A DNA stretch of 64,000 nt from Lytechinus pictus (lineage: Eukaryota): positions 18,726,001 through 18,790,000 of the forward strand of contig NC_087250.1 in assembly GCF_037042905.1 (NCBI RefSeq), in the 5' to 3' direction. Under the pieces are notes generated by a model. It worked only from the letters and a program-made list of their open reading frames with translations, did no database searches and was not told the origin of the DNA. Shown here in pieces: positions 47,131 to 56,571 of this stretch (positions are counted from its first letter, which is position 1; each line of letters starts with the position of its first letter). The position numbers and the translations under genes are program-made.

Positions 47131-50100
47131 CTTATTTTGACAGATTAGTATCAGTTAACATGTTAAAGTTAAAATCCCCAAGGATGATAACATTGCATGA
47201 CTTTCCAAATACTTTCTCGAGATTTTGTTCTAAACTCTCAGAGAATTCTAAGTGACTGTCAGGTTTCCTATACAGTATACTAACGAATTAGAGTGAGCTG
47301 CTATTAGCACGCAGTAATTCGAGCCACAATATTTCAAATGTTACAGGTTCAAGATCTGTTCTTCTTACGTAGAAAGTATTTTCAGATATATAACACCCTA
47401 CTCCTCCTCCAAGGGTGCCCCTATACCTTCTCTCAAACTTACATTCTTTAACGGAAAACAAACTATCAGAATATTCTTCTGTCAACCATGTTTCAGACAA
47501 ACTGAATATATCAAATTTATACACCAGCAACCTTATTTACCAGACTCCTTACATTGAGATGAGCAAGTTTGATGCCTTTGTGTTTCATTTGAAAGTGTTA
47601 TTCGACTCATCTTTAATACAAGATAGTACTTGTACTCCCTGACATCTCACTGCATTTTATTTTGATTTCATCATTTTCTTTTACTTCACCTACATTATTC
47701 CAAAAGGGTAGCTGTTGCATCAAGCACATATGACAGAGCCAGTTTTCAAAGAGTACATCTGAATCATAGGGTTTTTTTTCAGGACCTATCCACAATGTAT
47801 ATGTAACCTTGGAAAACATCCAGTACATAATAATGCCTTTTGGGTTTTTTAACGACCTACTGCAAATAGAACATGTGTATTTAACCATTATCAAAAACTG
47901 TGATAAGACTTGCGTGGAATATTGATGTCTCTATTCGTATAAGTCTCAATGTGGTGCAATATAAAATGTATGTGCAAGAGAGTGCACCACAATAAATGAA
48001 CGTTATTTCAAATTGGTAATAATTGAAACATTATAAATAATAACTATATAATCCTTGAGCAATGATCAAACAAGATGCCAAACAATTTAAAGTTGGAACA
48101 ATTACAATATCTCACAGTAATTAATAATAATAATAGGGTATAGCAACCCTGTGAATTTAAATTACCTACTAGATCTAAATCACGATCTAAAACAGTAACT
48201 AGAATATTTATAGAATGTATAGATCTAGACTATGTAAATACATATCCGTATAAAATAGATTTCATTAATGGTAGAGACTTGGTCTAAATATACTCTACTC
48301 TCTACATCTATTAAAACATAAGTAATCGACATTTGTTTCATTCGATGCTATGAATACTGAATTAGTGATGGTCTTGCTTATTATTGGCATAACCCATACT
48401 TTTATCCCATGTTTTACGTAGTTAATTTTGGTAAGGAAGCAGTTTGTAATATTCAAGTGAGAAAACTTGAAAAAATATATTTCCTAATCAAAGTACGCAT
48501 GCAGTCTAGTTACATTCTGATTTACACAGTGTGCCCACTGTGTAAATGATGATCTGATGATAATCCTGAACAGAGCTTTAACTGAACGAGCCTGGTGCTG
48601 AATGATTCCCCTTATACAGTGAGTATCAAAAAAAAGTTTACACTTTGAAAAAGCCCTGGGAATTAAAAAATATACAAGATGTGGGTAATTTTGTTCACAT
48701 ATAATCTTGGGTTTGGGTCTTATCTATCCAATGAAAGTAAAAGTTTTGTCAGAATGTTACACTTGAGTGAGCACTGTCCATTTTTGTAAAGCTCGCAGAA
48801 ATCTGTTTGCGCAGAAATGCTCGTTTTCACGCTGTGTCAAGGGGAAAGGGCGAAATCAAACTTACCCTGCGAAACAATGCTCGTATATTTCTCTTGCACT
48901 TTTAGTCAATTGAAATAAAACGGATACATTCAAGCATTTTGTAACAATTTTGCCACCCAAATTTAAATTTCAGTAATTTTAGTCAGCACAACCTCTACCA
49001 TTTTTGTGCCAGCTGGATCTGAGGACATAACTAAATCTGAACAAAAGTTTATATCAGACATCTTCAGCATTTTTTCACTAAGTTTTTATCATTGAAAGTG
49101 GGTTTACATTTCATTTTTCATTTAATACTTGTTTCTCCACACTTTTCCCAAGCTTGGCAATGATTAACAAAATGAAAATCAGGCTTAAGCCATTCCATGT
49201 AAATCACAGCTCAGTGTAAAAGCAAATGGTGTGTGGGGGAGTGGGGTGGGGTAAAATTCAATTTTCGAAGTGTTTTGGGCAAGGAAACAAGTCAAAAAAG
49301 GTAAAAGATATCTTCAAATCAATTTTACTAGCTAAATTCCACGTGTTCTTCATGATTAAGGTCTACTTTTATTCGCATAACTATCTCAAAGTTCTGCGCA
49401 AATCATTTTTCACTAACTTTTCAAAAGTAAGTGGCGCTCACTCAAGCGGAAATATTTTTCGACAGTTATATCGTCATTTGCTTAAATGGATCTGTACCAA
49501 TGTTAAAATGTGAAAAAATCTTCAGGATATTACAAATGTATAACTTTACAGGATTTTTTCAAAGTGTAAACTTTTTTTGATACGCACTGTATACGTTATG
49601 ATTGAAAGAAAAAGCTTTGAAATTCTTTTAATTGTTTTCATGCGCCTTAACATTTCAAAAATAAAAGCGAAGTCCCATACATCATATACATATCGTGGAT
49701 GGGTTGTTGCTTTCGGGAGGTAACCAGCGGGGGCGGCCGACTTCTATGCATGATATTCAGTTATGAAATATCTGCTGACATATATTATTATTATATTATA
49801 TTATATTATTATTGTTATTAAATTTTGTTTTTTTAAACCAGTTTTGGTCTTATCCCTTTCCAAAGTGGTAAAGTAGTATTAATAGCATTCCACTTGACTC
49901 GACTATATCATAAGACTTTCAAAGAGTAATATAATAAACTTTACCACCTACGTTTTGCTCATTGGAAGTAATAACTGGTAAATCTCCACCCAGTGATCGA
50001 CAATATTCCATAGCATCATTGTATGTCCTAGGAGTAGTAAACACGAGATGATATTGATGATTCTCAAACTCTAACCATCCTGGCGTATTGCATATCTGTC

Positions 50101-51817
50101 CACGTCCTGTATTGGAGAGATTTGGTAAAATTTAAATTATAAACCAATCATCATCTATTTTGTCATCTATAATAAAACAAATATGAAAAATTATAGAAAC
50201 ACTGGAAAAGTGTTTTAATTTTTCGATACAAGTAAGCCTCACTCGCCCACCCCTAAAATAATAAATAAAAAATAAAAAGATAAACAAATTAATGAATAAA
50301 TAAATAAATGAATGCATTGATAAATAAATCATTTTGTTAGTTGCACACTTTTGTTTCTGCATTCAAAACGTAAAAAAACTTCAAAAATCCCCATATGATA
50401 AGTGCAAAACACCATGTTAAGAGTGCTCGACTATAATATAGGAGCGATGAACACACAATATACAAATATATATATATATAGAGAGAGAGAGATAGATAGA
50501 GTGTGTGTTCCGGCCTGTATATACGATAAACAAAATATAACAATTTAGTTATTATATGAAATACGGCATTTAAAAATCGTTAGCAATTAATGAAAGAGAC
50601 CGCAATCCTGAGAAGTTAAACGGTGGCTTCATATAAAGGTTTCCGACATTTTCGTTTAAAAAATAAAAGGTCGATGTATTGTAATGTAAAGTAATGTGAT
50701 CCCATACAAATCCAAATTGCGCTATTTCACAACTTAGAAATTGTTATCGAGTTCTTATTATTATTATTATCATTACGGGGTTGATTAGAAAGGCAGACCT
50801 CGATAGCTCAATGGCCTCGTGTCTGTCCCTCACATCCGCAGCAAGATGGTTTTTGCTTTGCCTCTTTGTTTTTGTTTTTGTTTGTTCTTTGCTTGTTTTG
50901 TAAAATAAATATTTGTCCTTTGTGATTTAAAGAGTTGTGGAATAAATTGAATTGTCGGTAACCAGAAAAAATGTGAGCGGAGCTTTAGTCAAGGTGCCCT
51001 GATCTATCCTCCTTTTTAAATTCTAATGAGGCCAAAATTATATAGTATCTGCCAAAGGTCGAGCCCCGGGGCCCTAAGCTCAATCCACCTCAGTGGTGAA
51101 ATCTAAAAGGCATATGCGTTCTTAAAAATGATGGTCCGGGCTGAAAATATTTATATCTAAATAAATAGAGTAAAATTCACTGAGCAAAAATGCTGAAAAT
51201 TTCATCAAAATAGGATAACAAATAACGAAGTTATTGAATTTTAAAGTTTATCAATATTTTGTAAAAACATTTACATGCACATCGTCATGAATATCTATTG
51301 GGTGGGCTGATGATGTCACATCCCCACTTTTCTTTTTCTTATGTTATTACATGGACTGTGGACTGTGTCTCCATTATGATGAGTTGCGGCAATAAATAAC
51401 TAATGCACTTAATCAGCTATCAATCCAATTGAAATACGAAAGAACAAGTGGGGATATGACATCATCAGCCCACCTAGTGAATATTCATAAAGACATGCCT
51501 AGAACTGTTTCACCGGAATAATGCAAATCTTTAAAATTAAATAACTTTGTTATTTGTTATCAGATTTTGATCAAATTTTCAGCGTTTTGCTTTGTGAATT
51601 TTACTCTATTTATTGAGATATGAATATTTCCAGCCTTGACCATCCCTTTAATGCTGAAGTCCGGCTTCGTTGATTTGGGACGTTGAAATTAAACTGCTTT
51701 AAGTTTAATAGTTGCAATGACGATACATTCATTTTTATGCGATAACTCATTTTAACTCTTACCTCGGCTTGTAAAAATACACAATAATGATAGGAGAACC
51801 CGAACTGATGTGTTCAT
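17517..51817 (-). CDS. Multi-exon receptor gene: signal peptide, 3 C-type lectin domains, Tie-like ectodomain (Ig-Ig-EGFx5-Ig), FN3, TM, juxtamembrane; lectin-bearing receptor-type PTP-like
   Basis: 21 hand-spliced GT-AG exons (51817 to 18447) total 3577 nt, with matching intron phases and no stops. Exon 22 starts at 17833; read through unspliced it stops at TAA 17517-17519 (1297 aa). The 3' end is uncertain. Confidence 0.85.
18447..18517 (-). CDS. Exon 21: cytoplasmic juxtamembrane
   Basis: NRPEEVSKPVTYKNEGFIEGIST; phase 2-1 fits both neighbours; donor gtatgt. Confidence 0.75.
19182..19290 (-). CDS. Exon 20: transmembrane helix and basic stop-transfer
   Basis: EPPSGSSTGPAVGGSIGGIIILLLIAGLVIIITKRRR; phase 1-2. 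Confidence 0.9.
19436..19861. mobile_element. MITE with long terminal inverted repeats (GGCCCGAATTCACAAAGGTGG...)
   Basis: Near-perfect 45+ bp terminal arms with imperfect internal symmetry. Confidence 0.8.
19962..20339. mobile_element. TTAA-flanked non-autonomous DNA element (Kolobok-like)
   Basis: TTAA|AGTGATTGTTTAAC...GTTAAACAATACCT|TTAA. Confidence 0.65.
21889..22389 (-). CDS. Exon 19: fibronectin type III domain with an inserted loop
   Basis: VVIAWDSW...GDGPIIGYKVY...YNISGLDDGQSYEIRISAVREGLNGEG; phase 1-1. Confidence 0.92.
22889..22960 (-). tRNA. tRNA-like gene with a fully paired cloverleaf and UCA anticodon (repeat-borne; function unknown)
   Basis: Acceptor GTCTCTG/CAGAGAC, D stem GTCT/AGGC, anticodon stem CCGGC/GCTGG with loop GT-TCA-AA, T arm CCGGG-TTCGATT-CCCGG, discriminator A, then T7. 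Confidence 0.6.
23419..23490 (+). tRNA. Second copy of the UCA tRNA-like sequence (one T-stem mismatch)
   Basis: Same 72 nt except CGCGG for CCCGG; followed by T6. Confidence 0.5.
23737..25399 (-). mobile_element. Full-length Tc1 transposon (1663 bp)
   Basis: Identical 25-bp TIRs CACTGTTGGTCATAAAGGTGGAATA, TA on both flanks, one internal transposase ORF. Confidence 0.95.
24069..25091 (-). CDS. Tc1-family DD34E transposase (340 aa from the MPSPTA start)
   Basis: Paired-like HTH, GRPR motif, VFTDES, QDDNARPH, SPDMNPIEHAW with 34 residues between D and E, C-terminal RGGHTRY; no stops. Confidence 0.95.
   Translation of the reverse strand: MPSPTATATRERVVALRQEGYKQTVIAEVLGISQSAVSKILKRQREAGNVRPRKSPGRPRLTTRRDDRQLLNFSRRNRKLPKSRLRRLWKRYHGINVSRSTVNRRLLKHGYRARGLTKCPRLSVRHRVARLLWAREHRRLHPGHWQHVVFTDESQFILDRKDGRQRVHRLAGENLSDECIHETTQGGGGSVMIWAGIHYGGKTPLVVPDGNANAAAYSEILEFHCRPYARRVYGHNFRLQDDNARPHRAAAVREFLEAEGVVQLPWPACSPDMNPIEHAWDALGRAINDREVIPQNLQELADALREEWDAMPVDVINKLVDSMPRRLHALVRARGGHTRY
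25495..25797 (-). CDS. Exon 18: Ig-like domain 3
   Basis: EKTNPGVAIFSCSF...PIYCFVG...PSGTF; Cys pair; phase 1-1. Confidence 0.85.
26090..26221 (-). CDS. Exon 17: EGF/laminin-EGF repeat
   Basis: SGCFESCSKTCHCAGG...CHPRWIGDNCQK; phase 1-1. Confidence 0.9.
26705..26875 (-). CDS. Exon 16: EGF/laminin-EGF repeat
   Basis: VPSVCPTGYTGFNCTEFCTCPDHSECEKESGFC...CEIGY...DRCST; phase 1-1. Confidence 0.9.
27032..27436 (-). pseudogene. Decayed tandem duplicate of EGF exon 15, split by a SINE
   Basis: 27366-27436 reads FGVDCLQYCHCAGGKSCDAFTGG; 27032-27080 reads GCELSCEDGWSGED*Q with a gtag donor; the 5' end and acceptor are missing. Confidence 0.8.
27092..27367 (+). mobile_element. tRNA-derived SINE (same family as 10210)
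   Basis: A and B boxes, shared body, (ATT)n tail. Confidence 0.82.
27531..27662 (-). CDS. Exon 15: EGF/laminin-EGF repeat
   Basis: CTPGKFGVDCLQDCHCAGGIPCDAFTGGCQGSCEDGWSGDGCQ; phase 1-1. Confidence 0.92.
27998..28147 (-). CDS. Exon 14: Tie-type EGF repeat
   Basis: ACGKHRFGWDCELEC...CLPDPYGCNCLSGYTGIYCDE; CLPDPYGC is the Tie1/Tie2 signature. Confidence 0.93.
28293..28560. mobile_element. MITE; related copy at about 30945-31155
   Basis: ccgtcttacaaagag...ctctttgtaagacgg terminal inverted repeats. Confidence 0.7.
29639..29773 (-). CDS. Exon 13: Tie-type EGF repeat
   Basis: DCPRSRWNVPLCDRLCDNCYNGGICHPQSGTCICPPGFSGKNCLT; phase 1-1. Confidence 0.93.
30053..30337 (-). CDS. Exon 12: Tie-type Ig domain 2
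   Basis: HFQPSDGRLTKTVYPGDDFTLSV...IRW...ADIY...SLIRVIVS; phase 1-1. Confidence 0.9.
30563..30874 (-). CDS. Exon 11: Tie-type Ig domain 1
   Basis: VTPLHLLAMTPSPFG...FSCIL...SVGVYKCSS...VTILSQD; phase 1-1. Confidence 0.88.
31758..32493. mobile_element. Putative non-autonomous TIR element
   Basis: CATGGACCTATGAA...TTCATAGGTCCATG inverted termini; no clear target-site duplication. Confidence 0.5.
33317..33459 (-). CDS. Exon 10: C-type lectin domain 3, third part
   Basis: YSSWTSNQPNNYNGWAHCGEVW...GWNDNPCSYRREFVCEKS; QPN and WND; phase 2-1. Confidence 0.93.
35990..37556. repeat. Degenerate 330-380 bp tandem subrepeats rich in GTTGCCATGGCAAC, probably the subterminal region of a DNA transposon
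   Basis: ttagatgttatttggttgccatggcaatggcttaag recurs at about 35990, 36368, 36748 and 37077; the region ends ...cttatccgctctacta. Confidence 0.65.
38472..39458 (+). mobile_element. Non-autonomous Tc1/mariner-type element, copy 1
   Basis: TA|CAGTGCGTATCAAAAAAAAGTTTACACTT termini; TA on both flanks. Confidence 0.88.
40415..40533 (-). CDS. Exon 9: C-type lectin domain 3, second part
   Basis: ...VRFWFGLDDLTSEGDFRWSDGTLL; phase 0-2. Confidence 0.93.
40944..41092 (-). CDS. Exon 8: C-type lectin domain 3, first part
   Basis: GKWIHIPQVKNVQYYFSSFSTNYFIAREYCQQIGGQLAQLKTQTLH; phase 1-0. Confidence 0.88.
41961..42112 (-). CDS. Exon 7: C-type lectin domain 2, third part
   Basis: NPMWAPGEPSRFTGRSCGCL...GRWDSRTCEDTLPYICERSQ; phase 2-1. 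Confidence 0.92.
42967..43082 (-). CDS. Exon 6: C-type lectin domain 2, second part
   Basis: TFLTSIV...CYWFGLNQSSGSDQFIWNDGTPI; phase 0-2. Confidence 0.92.
43300..43436 (-). CDS. Exon 5: C-type lectin domain 2, first part
   Basis: DPRCFWHQYGQSLYRFMGDGQTFDAAETDCRSSGGRLAIIRSTELN; phase 1-0. Confidence 0.92.
43545..43737 (-). mobile_element. tRNA-derived SINE
   Basis: Head GGTGCCGTTGCCGAGTGG...GGTTCGATCCCCGG followed by a SINE body and LINE-like tail. Confidence 0.7.
44636..44769 (-). CDS. Exon 4: C-type lectin domain 1, third part
   Basis: YSNFLLTPYTPNIGNCIRLRSKFAGQWEESECTNMRLHICQRPI; phase 2-1. Confidence 0.9.
45114..45859. mobile_element. Non-autonomous Tc1/mariner-type MITE inserted in (TA)n
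   Basis: CAGTGCGTCCCA...TGGGACGCACTG termini, long imperfect internal inverted repeats, TA flanks. Confidence 0.82.
46106..46221 (-). CDS. Exon 3: C-type lectin domain 1, second part
   Basis: AFLNTF...YWIGLNDLDGDGIYTWINNSISG; WIGL motif; phase 0-2. Confidence 0.93.
46560..47894 (-). mobile_element. Decayed CR1/L2-clade LINE fragment (Cys-rich PHD-like region plus APE endonuclease)
   Basis: CSICSRS...WLCHMC, DIFSLSETWL, GGGVGCYI, YRKPD, IILGDFNFNM; stops, frameshifts and an inserted (TA)n. Confidence 0.8.
48617..49589 (-). mobile_element. Non-autonomous Tc1/mariner-type element, copy 2 (inverted relative to 38472)
   Basis: Same termini and body in reverse complement; TA flanks. Confidence 0.88.
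49952..50106 (-). CDS. Exon 2: C-type lectin domain 1, first part
   Basis: QICNTPGWLEFENHQYHLVFTTPRTYNDAMEYCRSLGGDLPVITSNEQN; phase 1-0. Confidence 0.92.
51126..51647. mobile_element. TTAA-flanked non-autonomous DNA element (Kolobok-like)
   Basis: gatggtccgggctgaaaatatt...aatatttccagccttgaccatccct|TTAA with long inverted arms. Confidence 0.65.
51763..51817 (-). CDS. Exon 1 (coding part): signal peptide
   Basis: MNTSVRVLLSLLCIFTSR followed by a G|gtaag donor; phase 1 matches exon 2. Confidence 0.78.
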
Positions 51818-54800
51818 TGCAATGTCAGGTGATTCCAGAAAGTCTGGAACTTTTTAAGAAATTTCCCAGTTCCACTCGTTACACTGCTTTCTAGATAGCT
51901 GTTCTATCTCACTTTGAAAAGAAATAAAAACAGCCGTATAACGTATGTGTCCAGATTGTCAACTTGTTCATGTAACGATGTCGTCTCTGTGTGTGTTTAG
52001 GGGTAAGAAAGCAATTCATTCACTACTCAAGTCATACAAATAATACGAATCGCACTCGTGTAGAATAATCATGTTCAGGGGTAAAACATCGAACTGTTCA
52101 CTCATGCTTGTGTCCTTTAGAATATCGCCAAATATTATGTTTTATGAATGCTTTATGTCTTTGCAGCGCAATTGACGTCAAAGAACTCAATACAAACGTA
52201 TTACAACATAGTAAGGCAGAACCTGGAGCCTCAAAGGAATGGGCCGATCTAACATGTCTAAGAGGGTTGGGGGTGAAGGGGTGGGATCATTTCAGGGAAT
52301 CAGACATGAATTTCATTTATGTCCACGTAACGCATTCATCTCGTCATGACCCTGGGAAGCGGGCCGGGTTTTTATTCTCCGTAATATAGGCAGCACCCCA
52401 TGGAATTATGCAAGGTTTGAAAAATGGAGAAATATGACACAAATGACCTTCATTTTGTACTAAAAACTTATCAAATTTCTCGGGTCCAAAAAGACCCCCA
52501 TTCTTTTTAGTGAAACCTTCCTTTTTTGCGTTTCAAATTCACTGCGGCTGCACCCTACAAGCTACGCTTTTTAGCGGCCTCCTCCATTTCCAACCTGATA
52601 AATATGATAATCGTAACTATGATTCTTGTACGTAAAAATGCTATGTTTCATTGCTATTATATTATCTGTATAATTGTACAAACGACTTTGTAGCATGTTG
52701 GAAATGGAAATAAATGAAATGAAGTGGTTTCGTCTATAGAAAAAGAGGTTCCCAAACACACAAACAAAAAGATGCAACTGCAATAAAAAAAAAAACATTA
52801 TAAGCTAAATCAAAATGTCAAAAAATGAAAATAGAAAACAAGTTGAACACTCCAAAGTGAGGAATTCACTCATATAAAAGAAAGAAGCCGTCCATCTACA
52901 TATTTAAGGAGTGTGTGATAAAAAAAAAATACCCTCGCATCCACCCCTTGACCGCGCCTGGCTTAAACACCTTAGTGCAACATTCCAAAATTGTATATAG
53001 TTATTATGTTCAGTGTGCAGAATAATGCAATAATAACACAAAATATTTGGTGACAAAAGCTGACACCCATAAATGAACTGCTCTACATTTTCTATGTCAT
53101 GTATGTAGTCTACATTTACCTGAATTCTGTATGATAAACACTGAACGTTTGAGGAAGTTGAACATTAATATTTAATATCAGTCAAAACCCAATAGATACT
53201 GGAACGCCACAAAACATTTGTATTTAACAATCTGGATAAGACACACAGCGTTAGAAACAGTCTTGCAGTTTCTAACGCTGTGCAAGACAGTATACTGTCT
53301 TGCATTTTCTAACGCTGTGTGTCAAGCAGAGGAAGTTTTAGCATTCATGAGATTTGAACATGATGATTAATACCATACGGTCACATTTGCTCTACGGCGG
53401 CCATACGGCGATTCGAAAACAGCCGTTTCAACATTTTTGTACCAACTAAATATAGGTGGCTTGCATTAAAATTAATAAAACGGCTGTTTTCGACTCGCCG
53501 TACGGCCGCCGTAGAGCAAACCAAGGTATTAAGGGTTCCTGCAGAGCTACCGATTTAAAAAAAAATCAATTCCCAATGCCATGTCTACACAGTATGAAAA
53601 AATGTCCAATTTTTTTGAAATTCTCTTGAATGGGTTCTGAACTTTTAATCATTGAGTAATTGATACGTCCCGATATTTATTCTTCCCGCACATTTTGGTA
53701 CTATTTTCATAATTGATCATCGCATGCTTGACTGGTATACGAGACAAGTAAGTGCCGGCCGCACGGAAACGTTGTTAGTCTAACAGAGCACTAACAGCAA
53801 GCCCAGTCACATAATGTATCACAATTCAGTCACATTTGCTCTATGGCGTCCGTACAGCGAGTCGAAAAAAGTCGTTTTATAAATTTTTATGCAAACCATC
53901 TATATATTGCTATTGCAAAAAAAATGTTAAAACTGTTTTCGACTCGCCTTACGCCCGCCGTAGAGCAAATGTTACTAAAACATAACTGCCCTTTAGTCAT
54001 ACACACTTAAATTGGGCAACATACTGTCCACTGTGTTGGGTAATATATGTTGCCAAAAAATATTATATTCTGGACATTTATCTAATTGAGCAAATTTATT
54101 AACCAGTTATTAGTTTTTATTACCCAATTTGAGCAGATTTAACCAAAAGTTGTGTGGACAGTGTGTTGACCAGGGTTGGTTATCCCCCAACTATTTTAAG
54201 AGTGTAGTCACTGGTGTTATTGAGAAAGGAGGGGAGGGGGGGGGGGAGTACCCCCGAATCCATCATCATTTTTTCTTTTTTATTTAAGCATTTGATCCCC
54301 CTTCTGTAAAAAAAAAAATCCTCCTGACATGGTTTTCAGCATGAGTATCATGATACATTATGTCCTACAAGGACCATATAGTGACACTCCTATCTTAAGT
54401 TGCAAGATCACTAAGCCCAAATTTATATTAAAAAAAATGGTAATTGCCTGACCTTTTGTTTGAATCTGTTCATCCTAAGGAAACAGGGATTGGATGTGCT
54501 GCTGGTGACTTCAGCTACTGGGCTCCTTTTCATAAAGATTGTTACAATAACAAATACACAATTTATATAACAAATTCACTATCAGCCAATCAGACTGGAG
54601 GATTTCAATGGCTTTTAACTGCTTGCACAGATTTGTTATAATAATGTGGTTCATGAAGATAGACCCACAGCATAGCCTGGATTTGACCCCTTCAGATTTG
54701 CCCAGGTGAAGATTTACGTGAAATAGGAGAAATTATGAATGAATTTATTAATTTATGGAGATCAAACTGAAACCTTGTACGAAGCACGCGGATAATGATT

Positions 54801-56571
54801 TGACGTCCCATCTGCTGATCTTTCACACGGGATGTAGACATGACGAGATCCGAGATCTTTTCCCTAAGAGATGTTCACATGATGAGATGATTATATGAAC
54901 ATCTGGGTGGCACTTTTAGCTTCCATATACAAAGTAATGATGTAGATCTTCTATGTTCAATAACTGATTTGAATAAAATGGTGGATTATGGTATGATCTA
55001 GAAAGTTAGAGGAAGAAATTGTCCTCACGGGTCTTTTTTTAATTTTAAATTTGGATTCGAGTCGTATCTGGGAGGCATTTCCCTAAGCTAAGATTCAATT
55101 ATACATTATATGGCGTAGAAAATTTAACCAAGGTGTGTTTCTTTCGTTAATGATCGTTAAATTATATCACCAAATATTCAGGGTCAATCATATTTTGGTG
55201 ATATTTTGTCTCCTACCGAAATCTGTTGACAAGGAAAATAAAGCTCACGCGGGAAATTTTCCCCTGCAATATTTTGACAAGAAAAAAAAAAGTCTACCGC
55301 TAAACCGACTGCTAGAGCCTATAGTCTATTGACTATAGGTTCTACCAGTCGGTAAATTGCTGTACAATTACTGCCCAGTCGGCAAAAATTCAGATCTGAA
55401 AAGAACAGAGTACAAGACTTCAAGACTAGTTCAGCAATGTAATCTGCATATTCATGGTGACAGAATACAAGTTTGCAGTTGGCAAAAACATGTCCCAAGT
55501 TAATGGTAGGCCTACATTTTTTTTTTTGCCGTAGATTTTTGTTAATTTTATGGAGTCAGAATGTGCCTGGGTTGGGGGTGTGTGGATGTTAATAGTGTTT
55601 GATTGTATTCCTAAAAATTGAAACAGTTTTGCAGGGCGGTGAAACCGGGGTAAGCAAGGGGGGCACTAGCCCCCAAATTTCCTCGTAGGAAATATTCCAT
55701 TTTCAAAATGGAAAGTGCCTTTTTTCAAAATGAAATGTGACCTTTCTCAAAATGAAATACCCTTTTCGAAGGAAAACATATTAATCACAACACCTTTGGC
55801 TCGCGCTTCGCGCTCGCATCAATTATTGTTTAGTAAGGTACTCATTTTGTTCTTGGTTACAAAAAGTGCTTAGAATGTCCAGTTTTCAGCTTGGAATATC
55901 ACAAACTTTCAGCTCACGCTTCGCGCTGGTATTATCCTATTGGTGAGATATGTATCATTTTAATCATAATCAGTCACTAAATGCAGTAATTGTACCTCTT
56001 CTGGTCAGTATATCAAAAATTACAGCTCGCGCTTCGCACCAGTTCTTTAGTGAGAATAAGATTCACAACTGTGCAAGTGCCTTTTTATTGGACTTTCCCC
56101 CCCCAAAAAAAAAAAAAAAAAAAAAAATACTTCCGCCGCCCCTGTCAGTTTGACCATTGTCAAAAAGAATCAACCTGAGCAACCTCAGGAGTGGAACCCG
56201 ATCAAACTTCAATGTAAAGTTTGTGAAGCCATATTGTCTAATGACTACCTGCAAGTTAGCAACTAAGTCACAGTAGCCTTTCTATTTTGATCCAAATGTG
56301 TATTTGTTACATTGCACACCAAATCCTTGTAGAATCCACCTCAAAGTATTCACCAAATGCCACGAATCCAATTCTGAAAATTCAAAATATTTTAGGGGGC
56401 ACTTCCTACATCGGACTCCCCCTTGTGCGCGCAAGCTCACACGTTGGCGCTGTCGCGCCAAATTTAGTCGGGATATTTAGCTCCCCCCCCCCACACACAC
56501 ACAATGCTTCTGACTACGGCCCTGGGTTGAATTACACTCGATTAATTTTCTGTCAACCTTCCAAGTTCATC

